Assembly (NCBI GenBank): GCA_016716705.1
Contig: JADJVF010000019.1
Location: 24,586 to 88,585 of the forward strand
Direction of reading: 5' to 3'
Source: Holophagales bacterium
Lineage (GTDB): Bacteria > Acidobacteriota > Thermoanaerobaculia > UBA5066
DNA: 64,000 bases
The first letter of the stretch is position 1, and each line of letters begins with the position of its first letter. A program made the position numbers and the translations under genes. Below the pieces are notes generated by a model. That model was not told the DNA's origin and did not search any database. It saw nothing but the letters and a program-made list of their open reading frames with translations. Positions 1 to 9,101 of this stretch are shown here, one piece after another.

Positions 1-983
1 CGCGAGGGCACGGCGGCGCCCGTCCGTATCGTCGCGGCCCCCTCGACCCGCATGGTCGCGTTCGTCGCGGGGCGAGGAACGCCCTGGGTGAGCCGGCCGA
101 GGTTGTCCCTCACCTGCTTCAGCTCGCGGGCGAGGTCGCGTGTGGCGGCGTACCGGCCGTCGGGCTCCTTCGCGAGGCAGCGCCCCACGATCCAGGCGAG
201 GGGAGGCGGCACCCTGGGGTTGAGGAGCTCGACCGATTGGGGCTCCTCCTCGATGATCGCCGTGAGCGTCTGGACGGCGCTCGCCTTGTCGAACGCCTTC
301 CGACCGGTGAGCAGCTCGTAGAGGATCAGCCCGAGACAGAACTGATCGGAGCGGAAATCGACCGGGCGACCCCGCGCCTGCTCGGGGGCCATGTAGCTCG
401 CAGTCCCGACGACGATGCCCGTCGAGGTCCTTGCGAGGCCCCTGGCGAGATCTCCGGTGGCCGCGGCCCCGAAAGGCTTGGCGAGGCCGAAGTCGAGGAT
501 CTTCACGGTCCCGTCGCGGGTGACCATGAGGTTCTCGGGCTTGAGATCGCGGTGGACGAGGCTGGCCTCGTGCGCCGCGGAGAGCCCCTCCGCCACCTGC
601 ACGACGAGCTCGAGCGTCCCGCGCAGCGGCAGGAGGCCGCCGGCCGCGTGCTGCCGGAGCGTCTTGCCGTCGATGAGCTCCATGGCGAGGAACGGCTGTC
701 CTTCGGACTGTCCGACCTCGAAGATCGTGACGATGTTGCGGTGGTTCAGGGAAGAGGCGGTTCGCGCCTCGCCGACGAAGCGCCGGAGCTGCTCGGGATC
801 CGAGAGGTACTCCGCACCGAGGACCTTGACCGCGACCTCCCGGCCGAGCCGTTCGTCGAGGGCCCGGTAGACCTCCCCCATCCCGCCGGCCCCGAGGAGG
901 CTGCGTACCTCGAAGGAGCCGAGCCTGGTTCCGGCCGCCAGCACCACGAACGGGAGATTACTTCGGAGGAACGGACGCGTCAC
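1..983 (-). CDS. Hanks-type serine/threonine protein kinase. The N-terminal catalytic domain is in the window and the C-terminal part runs off the left edge.
   Basis: My own translation of the minus strand from GTG at 983; it is not in the ORF track because there is no stop inside the window. Motifs: Gly-loop LGAGGMGEVY, VAVK lysine, HRDLKPEN catalytic loop, DFG, SYMAPE. An in-frame stop at 1016-1014 bounds the start. Confidence 0.85.
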   Translation of the reverse strand, partial: MTRPFLRSNLPFVVLAAGTRLGSFEVRSLLGAGGMGEVYRALDERLGREVAVKVLGAEYLSDPEQLRRFVGEARTASSLNHRNIVTIFEVGQSEGQPFLAMELIDGKTLRQHAAGGLLPLRGTLELVVQVAEGLSAAHEASLVHRDLKPENLMVTRDGTVKILDFGLAKPFGAAATGDLARGLARTSTGIVVGTASYMAPEQARGRPVDFRSDQFCLGLILYELLTGRKAFDKASAVQTLTAIIEEEPQSVELLNPRVPPPLAWIVGRCLAKEPDGRYAATRDLARELKQVRDNLGRLTQGVPRPATNATMRVEGAATIRTGAAVPS

Positions 984-1027
984 GCGGGCGGGAAAGGCTG
1001 AGCCCGGGAATTGCTACGCTTGCGCTC

Positions 1028-1717
1028 GTGAAGCGAGCCACCTCCGCCGCGATCCCGTCCGCCGTTCTTCTCGTCACGCTCCTCGGAGCGTCCGCTCCGC
1101 GCGCCGACACGCCTGGCGGCGAAGCGCCCCGGGCCGCCGAGGAGGTCGCCGCGCTCCTGACCGGGACGTTCGATTCGAAGGTGCAGGCCGAGGCGAATCC
1201 GGAAGGGTTTCGCGCGGTGCGGCTCGTCTCCGTGAGGGTGCCGAAGAGCCGGCTCGGGTCCGGCGCGCCGGTTCTCTACCTCGAGCAGGCGCTCGTGTCG
1301 ACCCCCGACAAGCCCTACCGGCAGCGGTTCTACCGGATCGAGGAGACGGCCGACGGCGGCGTCGTGTCGCGCGTCTTCGAGCCGAAGGAACCGGTCGCCG
1401 TCTCCGGCAAATGGCGCGACCCGTCCGACCTCGCGCTCTACGGCGCGGGAGACGTCGTCGAGCGGATCGGATGCGCCGTGCGGCTGAAGAAGTCCGCCGA
1501 AGGGTGGGCGGGGGGCACCGAGGGGACGAGCTGCCCGTCGGCGCTCTCGGGCGCACGCTACGCCACGTCGCGAGTCCGGCTCGCTCCGGGGCGCATGGAG
1601 TCGTGGGACCGCGGGTACGACCTCGAGGACCGCCAGGTCTGGGGTGCGAAGGAGGGTCCCTACGTCTTCGAGCAGCGGTCGTCCGGTCCGCCGTCCGACG
1701 CGCCCGGAAGGGACTAG
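1028..1717 (+). CDS. Secreted CpcT/CpeT-like (DUF1001 family) protein
   Basis: 229-aa ORF with a signal peptide (AVLLVTLLGASAPRA). Family-like landmarks: LTGTFDS..Q, LYLEQA, KPYRQRFYRI, GC.V.L, SC..SGARY, DRGYD..QVWGAKEGPYVF. Its TAG shares a CTAG (1714-1717) with the stop of convergent pcnB. Confidence 0.7.
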   Translation: MKRATSAAIPSAVLLVTLLGASAPRADTPGGEAPRAAEEVAALLTGTFDSKVQAEANPEGFRAVRLVSVRVPKSRLGSGAPVLYLEQALVSTPDKPYRQRFYRIEETADGGVVSRVFEPKEPVAVSGKWRDPSDLALYGAGDVVERIGCAVRLKKSAEGWAGGTEGTSCPSALSGARYATSRVRLAPGRMESWDRGYDLEDRQVWGAKEGPYVFEQRSSGPPSDAPGRD

Positions 1718-3204
1718 GCCGCTTCGCCCGGGTGCCCGCCCCGGCCGCTCCGCCTCCGGCGTCGGCGGTGCGCGGGACGGTCCGACGGCCGTACGTCGTC
1801 GGGAAGGAAGACCTCGTTCGGATCGTGAGTCTCGTGCGGGACGAGCGCCTCGGGGAACGGGATCGCCGCCCGGATGTCCTCGCCGGGGCGCGGGGTTCGC
1901 CCTCCCCGGCGAAGGACCTCTTCCCAGGCGACGGCCGCGTCGCGATAGCGCCCGGAGGCGGCTGCGTAGAGCGACAGCAGGCCGACCGCCACCGGGAAAT
2001 AGCCCTTCGTCACGAGCCGCCGCGCGGCGGCGTCGCCAGGCCCCAGCTCGGCGAGGCGCCCCATCGTGAAGAGGCCCTGCTTGAGGTCGTGGATCGCCGC
2101 ATTCGGGAGGGAGAGGCGGACCGACGACGGATTGACGACCTCCTCGAGGAGGAGGAGGAGCTTCTGGGCGTCGACCTTTCCGCCCGAGCGCGTCCGGATC
2201 GCCGAGAAGAGGAGCGGGAGGAAGACGACGCCGAGGAGGCTCGCGTCGGAGAGGACCTCGCCGCCGGCCCTTCGCCGATCGGTCTCGGCCAGCATTCTCC
2301 AGAACAGGCCATTGGCACCGGCCTTCCCGCCCACCTCGCGCTCCAGGTCGGGGAAGATCTCGCCGAGGAGCCCCGTCTCCGACCAGAGCCGGTACGTGGC
2401 GGCCCCCCAGCCCCGCCGAAGCGGGTCGAGGAGCTCTTCCGTGACGCGCGGGGCGGCGCTCTTGCGGATCTCCCGGCGGTTTTCGTCGATGGCTGCGCGG
2501 ACGGCCGGGGTCATCTCGAACCCGAGCCGGGCCGCGAACTCGCACGCCCGCATCATCCGGACGGGGTCTTCGCGGAAGCGGATCTCGGGGTCCCCGATCG
2601 TCCGGACGAGATGCCTCTCGAGATCTTCGACGCCTCCGACGTAGTCGATCACGGCGAAGTTCGAGATGTCGTAGAAGAGGCCGTTGATCGTGAAGTCGCG
2701 CCGGACGGCGTCCTCGGCGGGGGTGCCGAAGGTGTTGTCGGAGCGGATCAGGAGGTCGACGTCGCCCGTCTGGCCCGGCTCGACCTCCTCCGGCTCGGGG
2801 CGCCGCCGGAACGTGGAGACCTCGACGAGCTTTCCCCCGTCGAAGAGGACGTGGGCAAGCCGGAAACGGCGGCCGATGACCCGGCAGTTCCGGAAGAGAC
2901 GGCGGACGTCCTGCGGGCGGGCGTCGGTCCCGATGTCGAAGTCCTTCGGGGTCCTCCCCGTCAGGAGATCGCGGACGGAGCCGCCGACGAGGTACGCCTT
3001 GAACCCGGACCGGTGCAGGCGGTAGAGAACCTTCAGGGCGTCGGGGTCGATGTAGCCGCGCGAGATGGGATGCTCGGCGCGGGGGATGATCCGGGGTTCG
3101 GTCATCCCTTCGGGTGGGTCCTCAGAAGCATCGACCCATTCTAGCGCCCCGGGCGCCGGGCTTCCCACCGGATCCCTGCCCGGGCCCGTGCCGATCGTCG
3201 ACAC
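1714..3204 (-). CDS. pcnB: Poly(A) polymerase I (tRNA nucleotidyltransferase superfamily)
   Basis: 496-aa ORF. AYLVGGSVRDLLTGRTPKDFDIGTDARPQDVRRLFRNCRVIGRRFRLAHVLF is nearly collinear with the E. coli PcnB core. A more likely start is the ATG at 3105 (MTEPRIIP...). Confidence 0.85.
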   Translation of the reverse strand: MSTIGTGPGRDPVGSPAPGALEWVDASEDPPEGMTEPRIIPRAEHPISRGYIDPDALKVLYRLHRSGFKAYLVGGSVRDLLTGRTPKDFDIGTDARPQDVRRLFRNCRVIGRRFRLAHVLFDGGKLVEVSTFRRRPEPEEVEPGQTGDVDLLIRSDNTFGTPAEDAVRRDFTINGLFYDISNFAVIDYVGGVEDLERHLVRTIGDPEIRFREDPVRMMRACEFAARLGFEMTPAVRAAIDENRREIRKSAAPRVTEELLDPLRRGWGAATYRLWSETGLLGEIFPDLEREVGGKAGANGLFWRMLAETDRRRAGGEVLSDASLLGVVFLPLLFSAIRTRSGGKVDAQKLLLLLEEVVNPSSVRLSLPNAAIHDLKQGLFTMGRLAELGPGDAAARRLVTKGYFPVAVGLLSLYAAASGRYRDAAVAWEEVLRRGGRTPRPGEDIRAAIPFPEALVPHETHDPNEVFLPDDVRPSDRPAHRRRRRRSGRGGHPGEAA

Positions 3205-3224
3205 CCCTAGAATGCCGGTTCCCG

Positions 3225-5510
3225 ATGCCTCTCTCTTCCCAGCCCCGCTCGGGCGAGCCTCCTTTCCTGATCGTGGCGGCGCTCCTGGGCGCCGTCGTCG
3301 CGACGCGCTTCCTGGCGATCGCCGTGTCGCCCGGGGAGATCGACGAGGCCGTCTTCGCCGGGGCCGTCACGCGCTTCGACCTGTACGACCTCTCCCCCCA
3401 GGCGCCGGGGTTCCCGGTCTGGATCCTGATCGGCCGGGGGCTCCTCCCCTTCATTCCGTCGCCGTTCCTCGCGTTGACCGCGGCCGCGACCCTGCTCTCC
3501 TGCATTTCGCTGGCGGCGCTCTATTTCTGGGGTCGAAGGCTCGTCGGCGGCTGGGCCGCGCTCGGCGGCACGGTATTCGCCGCATTCCTTCCGGTGGTTT
3601 GGGTGAACGGCGGGCGAGCCTTCTCCGACTCCCCCTCGACGGCCTTCTTCCTGGCTGCCCTTGCGGCGCTCGCGGCCGCGACCGAGCGGGCGAACGACGG
3701 GAGGCGGGCCAGGCCGCTCGCCCTCGTCGCGGGCCTGTCCGCCGCGGCGGGAGCGGGGGTCCGCCCGCACCTCGTCCTCGTTTTCGGTCCGCTCCTGCTC
3801 TTCGAGACCGTACGCCTCTGGAGAGATCGCCGGGGAAGGCCTGCCGCCGAGACGTTCGTCGCGGCGGGGTTCGTCGGAACGCTCGCCTGGGGGCTCTGGC
3901 TCCTCGGCGAGGCCGGGGGCGCGCCGGGGCTCCTCGAGGCCTTCGGCGAGCGGGCGGAATTCCGGGCGCACGCCTTCGCGACGGGGACCTTCGGCACGCT
4001 CCTCGATTCCTTTCTCGTGAGGGACTTCCTTTCCTGGCGGCGTGCGCTCGTCGTCGTCCTTCTCGCCGTCGTCGGACTGATCGCCGCGGCCCGCCGCGCC
4101 CCGAGGGCCACCGTCGACCTCCTCCTCGTCCTCGTACCGGCTTTCCTCTCCCTCTGGTTTCTCCACAGCCGGGCGATGTCGCGCTACTCCGTGCCGTTCG
4201 TCCTCGTTCTCGCCCTCCCCGCGGCGGCCGGGGCGGGAGCGCTCCTCCGGCGTCCGCAGCTCGGCCTGGCCGCGATGCTCGCGGGGGCGGCGCTCTTCGG
4301 CCGCCAGGCCTGGCCCGAGGTACGCCACGGGGCCACGGTCGAATCGCCTCCGGCGGCCGCCATCGATCTGATCGCCCGCTATGGCCACCCGGGGCGCGAG
4401 ACGATCGTCGCGGACGGCGTATTCGCATCGTTCCTGAGGACGGAGATCTGGGAGGGGCGTCTGGCGGTCTGGGGGCTGACGGACGACCTCCTCCTGGAGA
4501 CCGTCCCGAGCATGAACAAGAGGCTCGTCCGGATCGCCGACTTCACCGACGAGCCCGATCCTCCCGACCGCTCGGACCCCGTCTGGCGCTCCTGGTTTCA
4601 CGGCGGTCGTGTCGCGGACGCGCTCGGGAACCGCCGCCTCCTCGGCGTCGCCGTTCGAGACCCCGCCCCACCGCTTTTCGGTCCCGGATTCGGGCCTCGC
4701 GAACGCGAGCCGGGAGGGCCATCGGTCCGCTGGGCCGGACCCGAGGCCCGGCTGATCATTCCCGGCCTTCAGGGCCCGCCCGTCGCCCTCCTGAAGGGCC
4801 TGCGGCAGCACCAGGAGGGGCCGACGACGCTGACGGTCCGGGACGTCGAAACGGGCAGGACGCTCCTGACCCGGCACCTCGAGCCGGGCAATTTCGAGCT
4901 GACGATCGTCCCGGCGCCCGTCTACGGACCGCTTCCCCGGCCTCGCGAGGTCGTCATCACGTGCGACCGGCCGCAGGCACTCCTCGAACTGCAAGGTTCC
5001 AGGAGGCCGTCCTTCGGCTGCATCCTGTTTCGGGAGGCGACGTCCTCTGCGCCGCCGGAGTCGCTCTGGGAACGACTCGGCGGGGAGCGGATCCTGGATA
5101 TCGGGAGCCCCCGCGACGCGTGGGGAGGGCTCGAGGGGTTTCACGAGCGCGAGACGGCCCCGCGGAGCGGCTTGACGATGCGCTGGACCTCGGGGAGATC
5201 CTCGTTCGTCTGGGTCCCTCAGCCCGGGCTCTCCCCGCGAGAGATCGCGTTTCGAACGAAGGCGCCCGGGGACGCTCCGGTGACGGTCGCCGTCTCGATC
5301 GGGGGCGTTCCCTCCGGCAGCGTGAGCGTCCTCCCGGGCGACTTCGCCGAAGCCCGCCTCGCCCTCGACGAGCCGGCGCGTGCGCGCATGGCCGGGGCCG
5401 AGCCCGTGAGGGTCGAGCTCGAGTCGCCCGTCTTCGTGCCGAAGGCGGCCGGGCTCGGCGACGACCTGCGAAAGCTGGGAATCGTCCTCGACCGGGTCCT
5501 CGTGAGGTAG
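3225..5510 (+). CDS. GT-C fold membrane glycosyltransferase (family 39/83, ArnT/PMT-like) with a roughly 400-aa C-terminal soluble domain
   Basis: Frame of ORF 3114..5510, with a probable start at ATG 3225 (MPLSSQ). About 10-12 hydrophobic helices. A DE motif sits in the first loop (SPGEIDEAVFAG), as in ArnT/PMT enzymes. The C-terminal half is non-membrane. Confidence 0.55.
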   Translation: MPLSSQPRSGEPPFLIVAALLGAVVATRFLAIAVSPGEIDEAVFAGAVTRFDLYDLSPQAPGFPVWILIGRGLLPFIPSPFLALTAAATLLSCISLAALYFWGRRLVGGWAALGGTVFAAFLPVVWVNGGRAFSDSPSTAFFLAALAALAAATERANDGRRARPLALVAGLSAAAGAGVRPHLVLVFGPLLLFETVRLWRDRRGRPAAETFVAAGFVGTLAWGLWLLGEAGGAPGLLEAFGERAEFRAHAFATGTFGTLLDSFLVRDFLSWRRALVVVLLAVVGLIAAARRAPRATVDLLLVLVPAFLSLWFLHSRAMSRYSVPFVLVLALPAAAGAGALLRRPQLGLAAMLAGAALFGRQAWPEVRHGATVESPPAAAIDLIARYGHPGRETIVADGVFASFLRTEIWEGRLAVWGLTDDLLLETVPSMNKRLVRIADFTDEPDPPDRSDPVWRSWFHGGRVADALGNRRLLGVAVRDPAPPLFGPGFGPREREPGGPSVRWAGPEARLIIPGLQGPPVALLKGLRQHQEGPTTLTVRDVETGRTLLTRHLEPGNFELTIVPAPVYGPLPRPREVVITCDRPQALLELQGSRRPSFGCILFREATSSAPPESLWERLGGERILDIGSPRDAWGGLEGFHERETAPRSGLTMRWTSGRSSFVWVPQPGLSPREIAFRTKAPGDAPVTVAVSIGGVPSGSVSVLPGDFAEARLALDEPARARMAGAEPVRVELESPVFVPKAAGLGDDLRKLGIVLDRVLVR

Positions 5511-5519
5511 CCGAGGCCG

Positions 5520-5780
5520 CTACCTCGGTCTGAGGAAGTCGCGCCAGGCGAGAACGACGCACGGCGCGACGACGGCGAACGCGGCGAGCGCGAAGAGGCG
5601 AGCGTCTCCTTCAGAGAGGAGTCCCCGGACCAGCATCGAGGCGCAGAGGACGGTGACGACGGCGAGGAACGCGAGCCGGAGCCGGAGCGCAAGGTCGCGG
5701 AGCCTCCCGCGGAAGACGAGGAGGCCTGCCGCGGCGAGGACGGCGAGGACGATGACCGCCGCGCGGCCCGAGCCCCTCAC
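5520..5780 (-). CDS. Small three-helix membrane protein (hypothetical)
   Basis: This is the tail of ORF 5520..6437. The GTG at 5780 overlaps the TGA (5779-5777) of the upstream MinD-like gene as a GTGA. It encodes 86 aa with three hydrophobic segments (AAVIVLAVLAAAGLLVF, LAFLAVVTVLCASMLV, LFALAAFAVVAPCVVLAW). Confidence 0.4.
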   Translation of the reverse strand: MRGSGRAAVIVLAVLAAAGLLVFRGRLRDLALRLRLAFLAVVTVLCASMLVRGLLSEGDARLFALAAFAVVAPCVVLAWRDFLRPR

Positions 5781-7047
5781 GCGGGCGGAGTCCTCGCGCC
5801 CGCCGGGAAGAACGAGCGGAGGATCTCGGCCGGGCCGCAGAGGCGCGGCGTCCCGAACTCCGAGGGGCGTGCATGGGTCAGCAGGTGGAGCGCCCGGGCG
5901 GTGAGGTAGTCGAAGTTGTCGCGCGGGTCGTCCCGGTTCCCCTTCCGGTGGTACATCCGGTTCAACGAGTCGAGCTCGCGCGCCAGGGCGCTCTCCGGGT
6001 CGGGCCGGGTCGGGACCGGAAGCACCGGCTTCAGCTTCTTCGGCTCGATGGCCAGGCCGGTCGTCTCCCGGATCAGGGCGTCGAGGGCCTTCTCGCCCGC
6101 GGGTCGCGTGGTGCACGGCGTGCCCGTCGCGGGGAGAGAGGAGGACGGGGCGCTTGCGGCAGTTGCCGAGGTGGACCTCGTCCGACTTCACGACCCAGCC
6201 GAGGTTCGTCAGCGTCATCCGCTCGGAGACCGTGCTCACGAGGTTCTCGACGAAGGGCTTCACCGCCGTGTCGAATGCCTCGTCGACGCCGTTGAAGGCG
6301 TTGAGGACGTAGTGGACCCGGAAGTGCTCGACCGTCCGGGCGACCTGGTCGAGGACCGGGTGCGGGCCGAGAGCCGAGGCGAGGTCGACGAGAAACGCGT
6401 CGAGGTTCGGGAGACCCTCCTCGTAGACGTCCTCCACCTCGTCGAGAAGCTCGTTGACGAGGAGTCGTCGTCCTCCGAGGGTCCTTCACCTGGGCGTAGA
6501 AGGGGCTCGAGGGGGAAAAGACGATCCGGAGCTTCCGGAAGAGGATGGCCTTGACGATGTCCGACGCGGCGAGCGTCGCCGACGGCAGGTGGGGCGTGAA
6601 TACGAGGATCCCCGAGTTCGACCAGGGAAGGAAGTCGACGACGTTCGAGTCGAGGCCCGCCTTCATGTCGAGGACGACGTAGTCGGCCGGGAGCTCGTTG
6701 ATCGCCGCGGAGAGGCGCGCCTTCTTCTCGGGGCCGAAGTTCGTGACGTCCTCGATCAGGTGGAGCGGCGCCGCGACGAACCCGAAGCCCGCGTAGAGGC
6801 CGTCCGGGTCCCACGAGGAAGGGAGCCGGGTGATGCACTCGTCGAGCCGGAACCCCTTGCGGAAGAAATGGTAGAGGTCGCGGCCGACCGGGACCCCGAT
6901 CGTGTTGCGGACCGAGGAGGTCCCGGTGTCGAGATCGACGAGGAGCGTCGGGGCATACCGGGAAAGCGAAAGCGCGAAGTTCGTCGCGACGGTCGTCTTT
7001 CCGACGCCGCCCTTCCCGGAGGAGACGGGAATGATCCTCTTCGGCAT
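5777..7047 (-). CDS. MinD/ParA-family P-loop ATPase with a long C-terminal extension; frameshifted twice as assembled
   Basis: Deviant Walker A SSGKGGVGKTT in ORF 6073..7047. The reading continues sensibly in the frame of 5520..6437 (LLVNELLDEVEDVYEEGLPNLDAFL...), then in the frame of 5777..6025 (AGEKALDALIRETTGL...DSLNRMYHRKGNRDDPRDNFDY...). The shifts are near 6478-6482 (C run) and near 6098-6106. Confidence 0.75.
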
Positions 7048-7096
7048 CGAGTCCTCGAGAGGCTAGCACGCCCCCGGCACCGATTAGAATCGCGGA

Positions 7097-7675
7097 ATGA
7101 GCGGCACGCCGACACCCGTCCTGTCCGTCGAGGCGATCGGCGAGGAGTTCCGGTCCGGGACGAAGGCCTACGCGAAGCCCGGGCCGATCGACGGCGTCGC
7201 GGTCCACCGGCTTCCCCGGTTCGTCGACGATCGGGGGTTCTTCCAGGAGATCTACCGGGCCAATCCCGACCACCCCGGGAGCGAAGGCCTCGCCGCCTTC
7301 TTCCAGGGCGTCCCGGTCGCCCAGATGAACTACACGATCGTGGACGTGGAGAACCACATCAAGGGCCTCCACTACCACCTCAAGCAGCAGGACGTCTGGT
7401 ACTGCCCGCATCCGTCGAAGGCGAAGTTCGTCCTCTTCGACGTCCGGAAGGACTCGCCGACCTACCTGAGGACCCAGGTCCTCGTGGCAGGCGACGGGCA
7501 GGACCTCCTCGTGAGGATTCCGGAAGGCGTCGCCCACGGCTACCGGCCGCTCACGAACCCCTGCGCGCTCTTCTACATCGTGACGCGGACGTTCGACGTG
7601 AACGATCCCGACGAGTTCCGGATCCCCTGGGATCACCCGGCCGTCCGGGACCTGTGGGACACCCCGAACGGTTGA
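7097..7675 (+). CDS. rmlC: dTDP-4-dehydrorhamnose 3,5-epimerase-like cupin (RmlC family)
   Basis: 192 aa. Contains FVDDRGFFQEIYR, GLHYH..QQDVWYC, KFVLFDVRKDSPTY and GVAHGY, which is the typical RmlC jelly-roll pattern. Confidence 0.7.
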   Translation: MSGTPTPVLSVEAIGEEFRSGTKAYAKPGPIDGVAVHRLPRFVDDRGFFQEIYRANPDHPGSEGLAAFFQGVPVAQMNYTIVDVENHIKGLHYHLKQQDVWYCPHPSKAKFVLFDVRKDSPTYLRTQVLVAGDGQDLLVRIPEGVAHGYRPLTNPCALFYIVTRTFDVNDPDEFRIPWDHPAVRDLWDTPNG

Positions 7676-7718
7676 GCCCGGCACACGCTTCCGGCGCAGC
7701 CGGGAGCCAGGAGAAACG

Positions 7719-8546
7719 ATGGAACGGTTGAACCTCGTCCTGACGATCCCTCACGGCTCCGTGATCGCGACGAGCCTCGGCGTGGACGGGCTCGCCCACC
7801 ACCTCTCGCCGGGGTCGGGGCGGCACTTTCACGGCCGGGCGATCTTCGTCGACCTCGCCCTGTCCGAAGGGGCCGCGGCCTTTTCCTATCTCGAGGAAGG
7901 GGGCTGGCGGGATGCGGCCGGGGACACGGCGCGGGCGCTCCAGGAGGTCGTCTCCGGCAAGCGGACGAAGACGGCTCTCTCGAGCAACGCTTTCACGACG
8001 ACTCCCCTCGACGCATATCGGAAGGTTCTCCTCGTGAAGACGGGAGGCCAGGCCCTCGACATGGGAACGGCGGCGGAGATCGCCCGTTTCGAGGCGGCGC
8101 CCTGCAAGGAGAGCATGGCCCCCGGCGAGGTCGCCAAGGCCATCGGCGCCGCCGAGCCGTCCCGGCGCGAGCCCCGGCTCTACTCGATCTTCGCCCCGCT
8201 CGAGCTCCTCGTCCTCTCCAACCTGACCCCGATCGAGTACGCCTGGTACGCCACGCACCGTCCGGGGAAGGTCTTCCGGCAGCTCTGCTTCGCCGAGCTG
8301 CGGACCGACCAGTCCCAGCTGGCGGCCTCGAGCCGGTACGAGAACGCCCGCAAGGAGATCCGGGAGAACCCGAAGAAGAAGACGAAGACGGTGGCCGTTC
8401 AGGATCTCCTGAACGCCGTCGACTTCGAGGAGTGGGTCGGCTACGGCGACTCGACGGCCGGGGGGCTCTACTTCGGGGACCGGACCCGCCTGATGCGGAC
8501 ACCCTTCCCGGTCGAGATCCCGCACGCCTGGGAGAAGGCCGACTAG
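7719..8546 (+). CDS. Hypothetical protein (no recognisable domain)
   Basis: 275-aa ORF with host-like GC3 codon usage and an RBS-like GGAG 8-12 nt upstream of the ATG. The antisense ORF 7551..8525 is Arg/Gly/Pro junk. I recognise no family. Confidence 0.5.
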   Translation: MERLNLVLTIPHGSVIATSLGVDGLAHHLSPGSGRHFHGRAIFVDLALSEGAAAFSYLEEGGWRDAAGDTARALQEVVSGKRTKTALSSNAFTTTPLDAYRKVLLVKTGGQALDMGTAAEIARFEAAPCKESMAPGEVAKAIGAAEPSRREPRLYSIFAPLELLVLSNLTPIEYAWYATHRPGKVFRQLCFAELRTDQSQLAASSRYENARKEIRENPKKKTKTVAVQDLLNAVDFEEWVGYGDSTAGGLYFGDRTRLMRTPFPVEIPHAWEKAD

Positions 8547-8595
8547 GACGACGGCGGAGGCGCGCCGGAGACCAGCCGGGGGCCTCTCCGGCGCG

Positions 8596-9063
8596 CTACT
8601 TCCTCTTCTCTCGAACGGTGAGGACCGGCACGGGCGAGAGGCGGAGGACCCGCTCCGCCGTCGAGCCGAGAAGGAGCTTCTCGAGCGCCGACCGGCCGTG
8701 CGTCCCGAGGACGATCAGCGTCGCCTTCTGCCTGGCGGCGGTGTCGACGATCGTGTCGGAGGGGCGGCCCCAGCGGATCTCCGCGGTCGTCGTCACGCCC
8801 CGCTTCTCGGCCGCCTTCACCTCGCGATCGAGCTTGACGCGGGCGGCCTGCTCCCACTCCTTCCGCACCTCGACGTCGGGATAGGGAAGCGCGGCGGCCA
8901 CGTCGAGCGCCTGGACCGGCTCGAGGAGGACGTGGACGAGGTGGATCTTCGTTCCGGAGAGCTGCGCGAGCGACACGGCGTGCGCGAGGGCGCGGGCGGC
9001 GCAGACGGAGAAGTCGGTCCCGACGACGATGCTCCTGAGCAGGGTGTTCTCACGGGCGGCCAT
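8596..9063 (-). CDS. Universal stress protein (UspA family)
   Basis: 155 aa. IVVGTDFS at the N-terminus and LIVLGTHGRSALEKLLLGSTAERVLRLSPVPVLTV at the C-terminus form the canonical Usp ATP-binding motif. Confidence 0.85.
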   Translation of the reverse strand: MAARENTLLRSIVVGTDFSVCAARALAHAVSLAQLSGTKIHLVHVLLEPVQALDVAAALPYPDVEVRKEWEQAARVKLDREVKAAEKRGVTTTAEIRWGRPSDTIVDTAARQKATLIVLGTHGRSALEKLLLGSTAERVLRLSPVPVLTVREKRK

Positions 9064-9101
9064 CGTTCACCTCCAGGGGGTTCCCGGTGAGTGTGGGCTC
9101 G

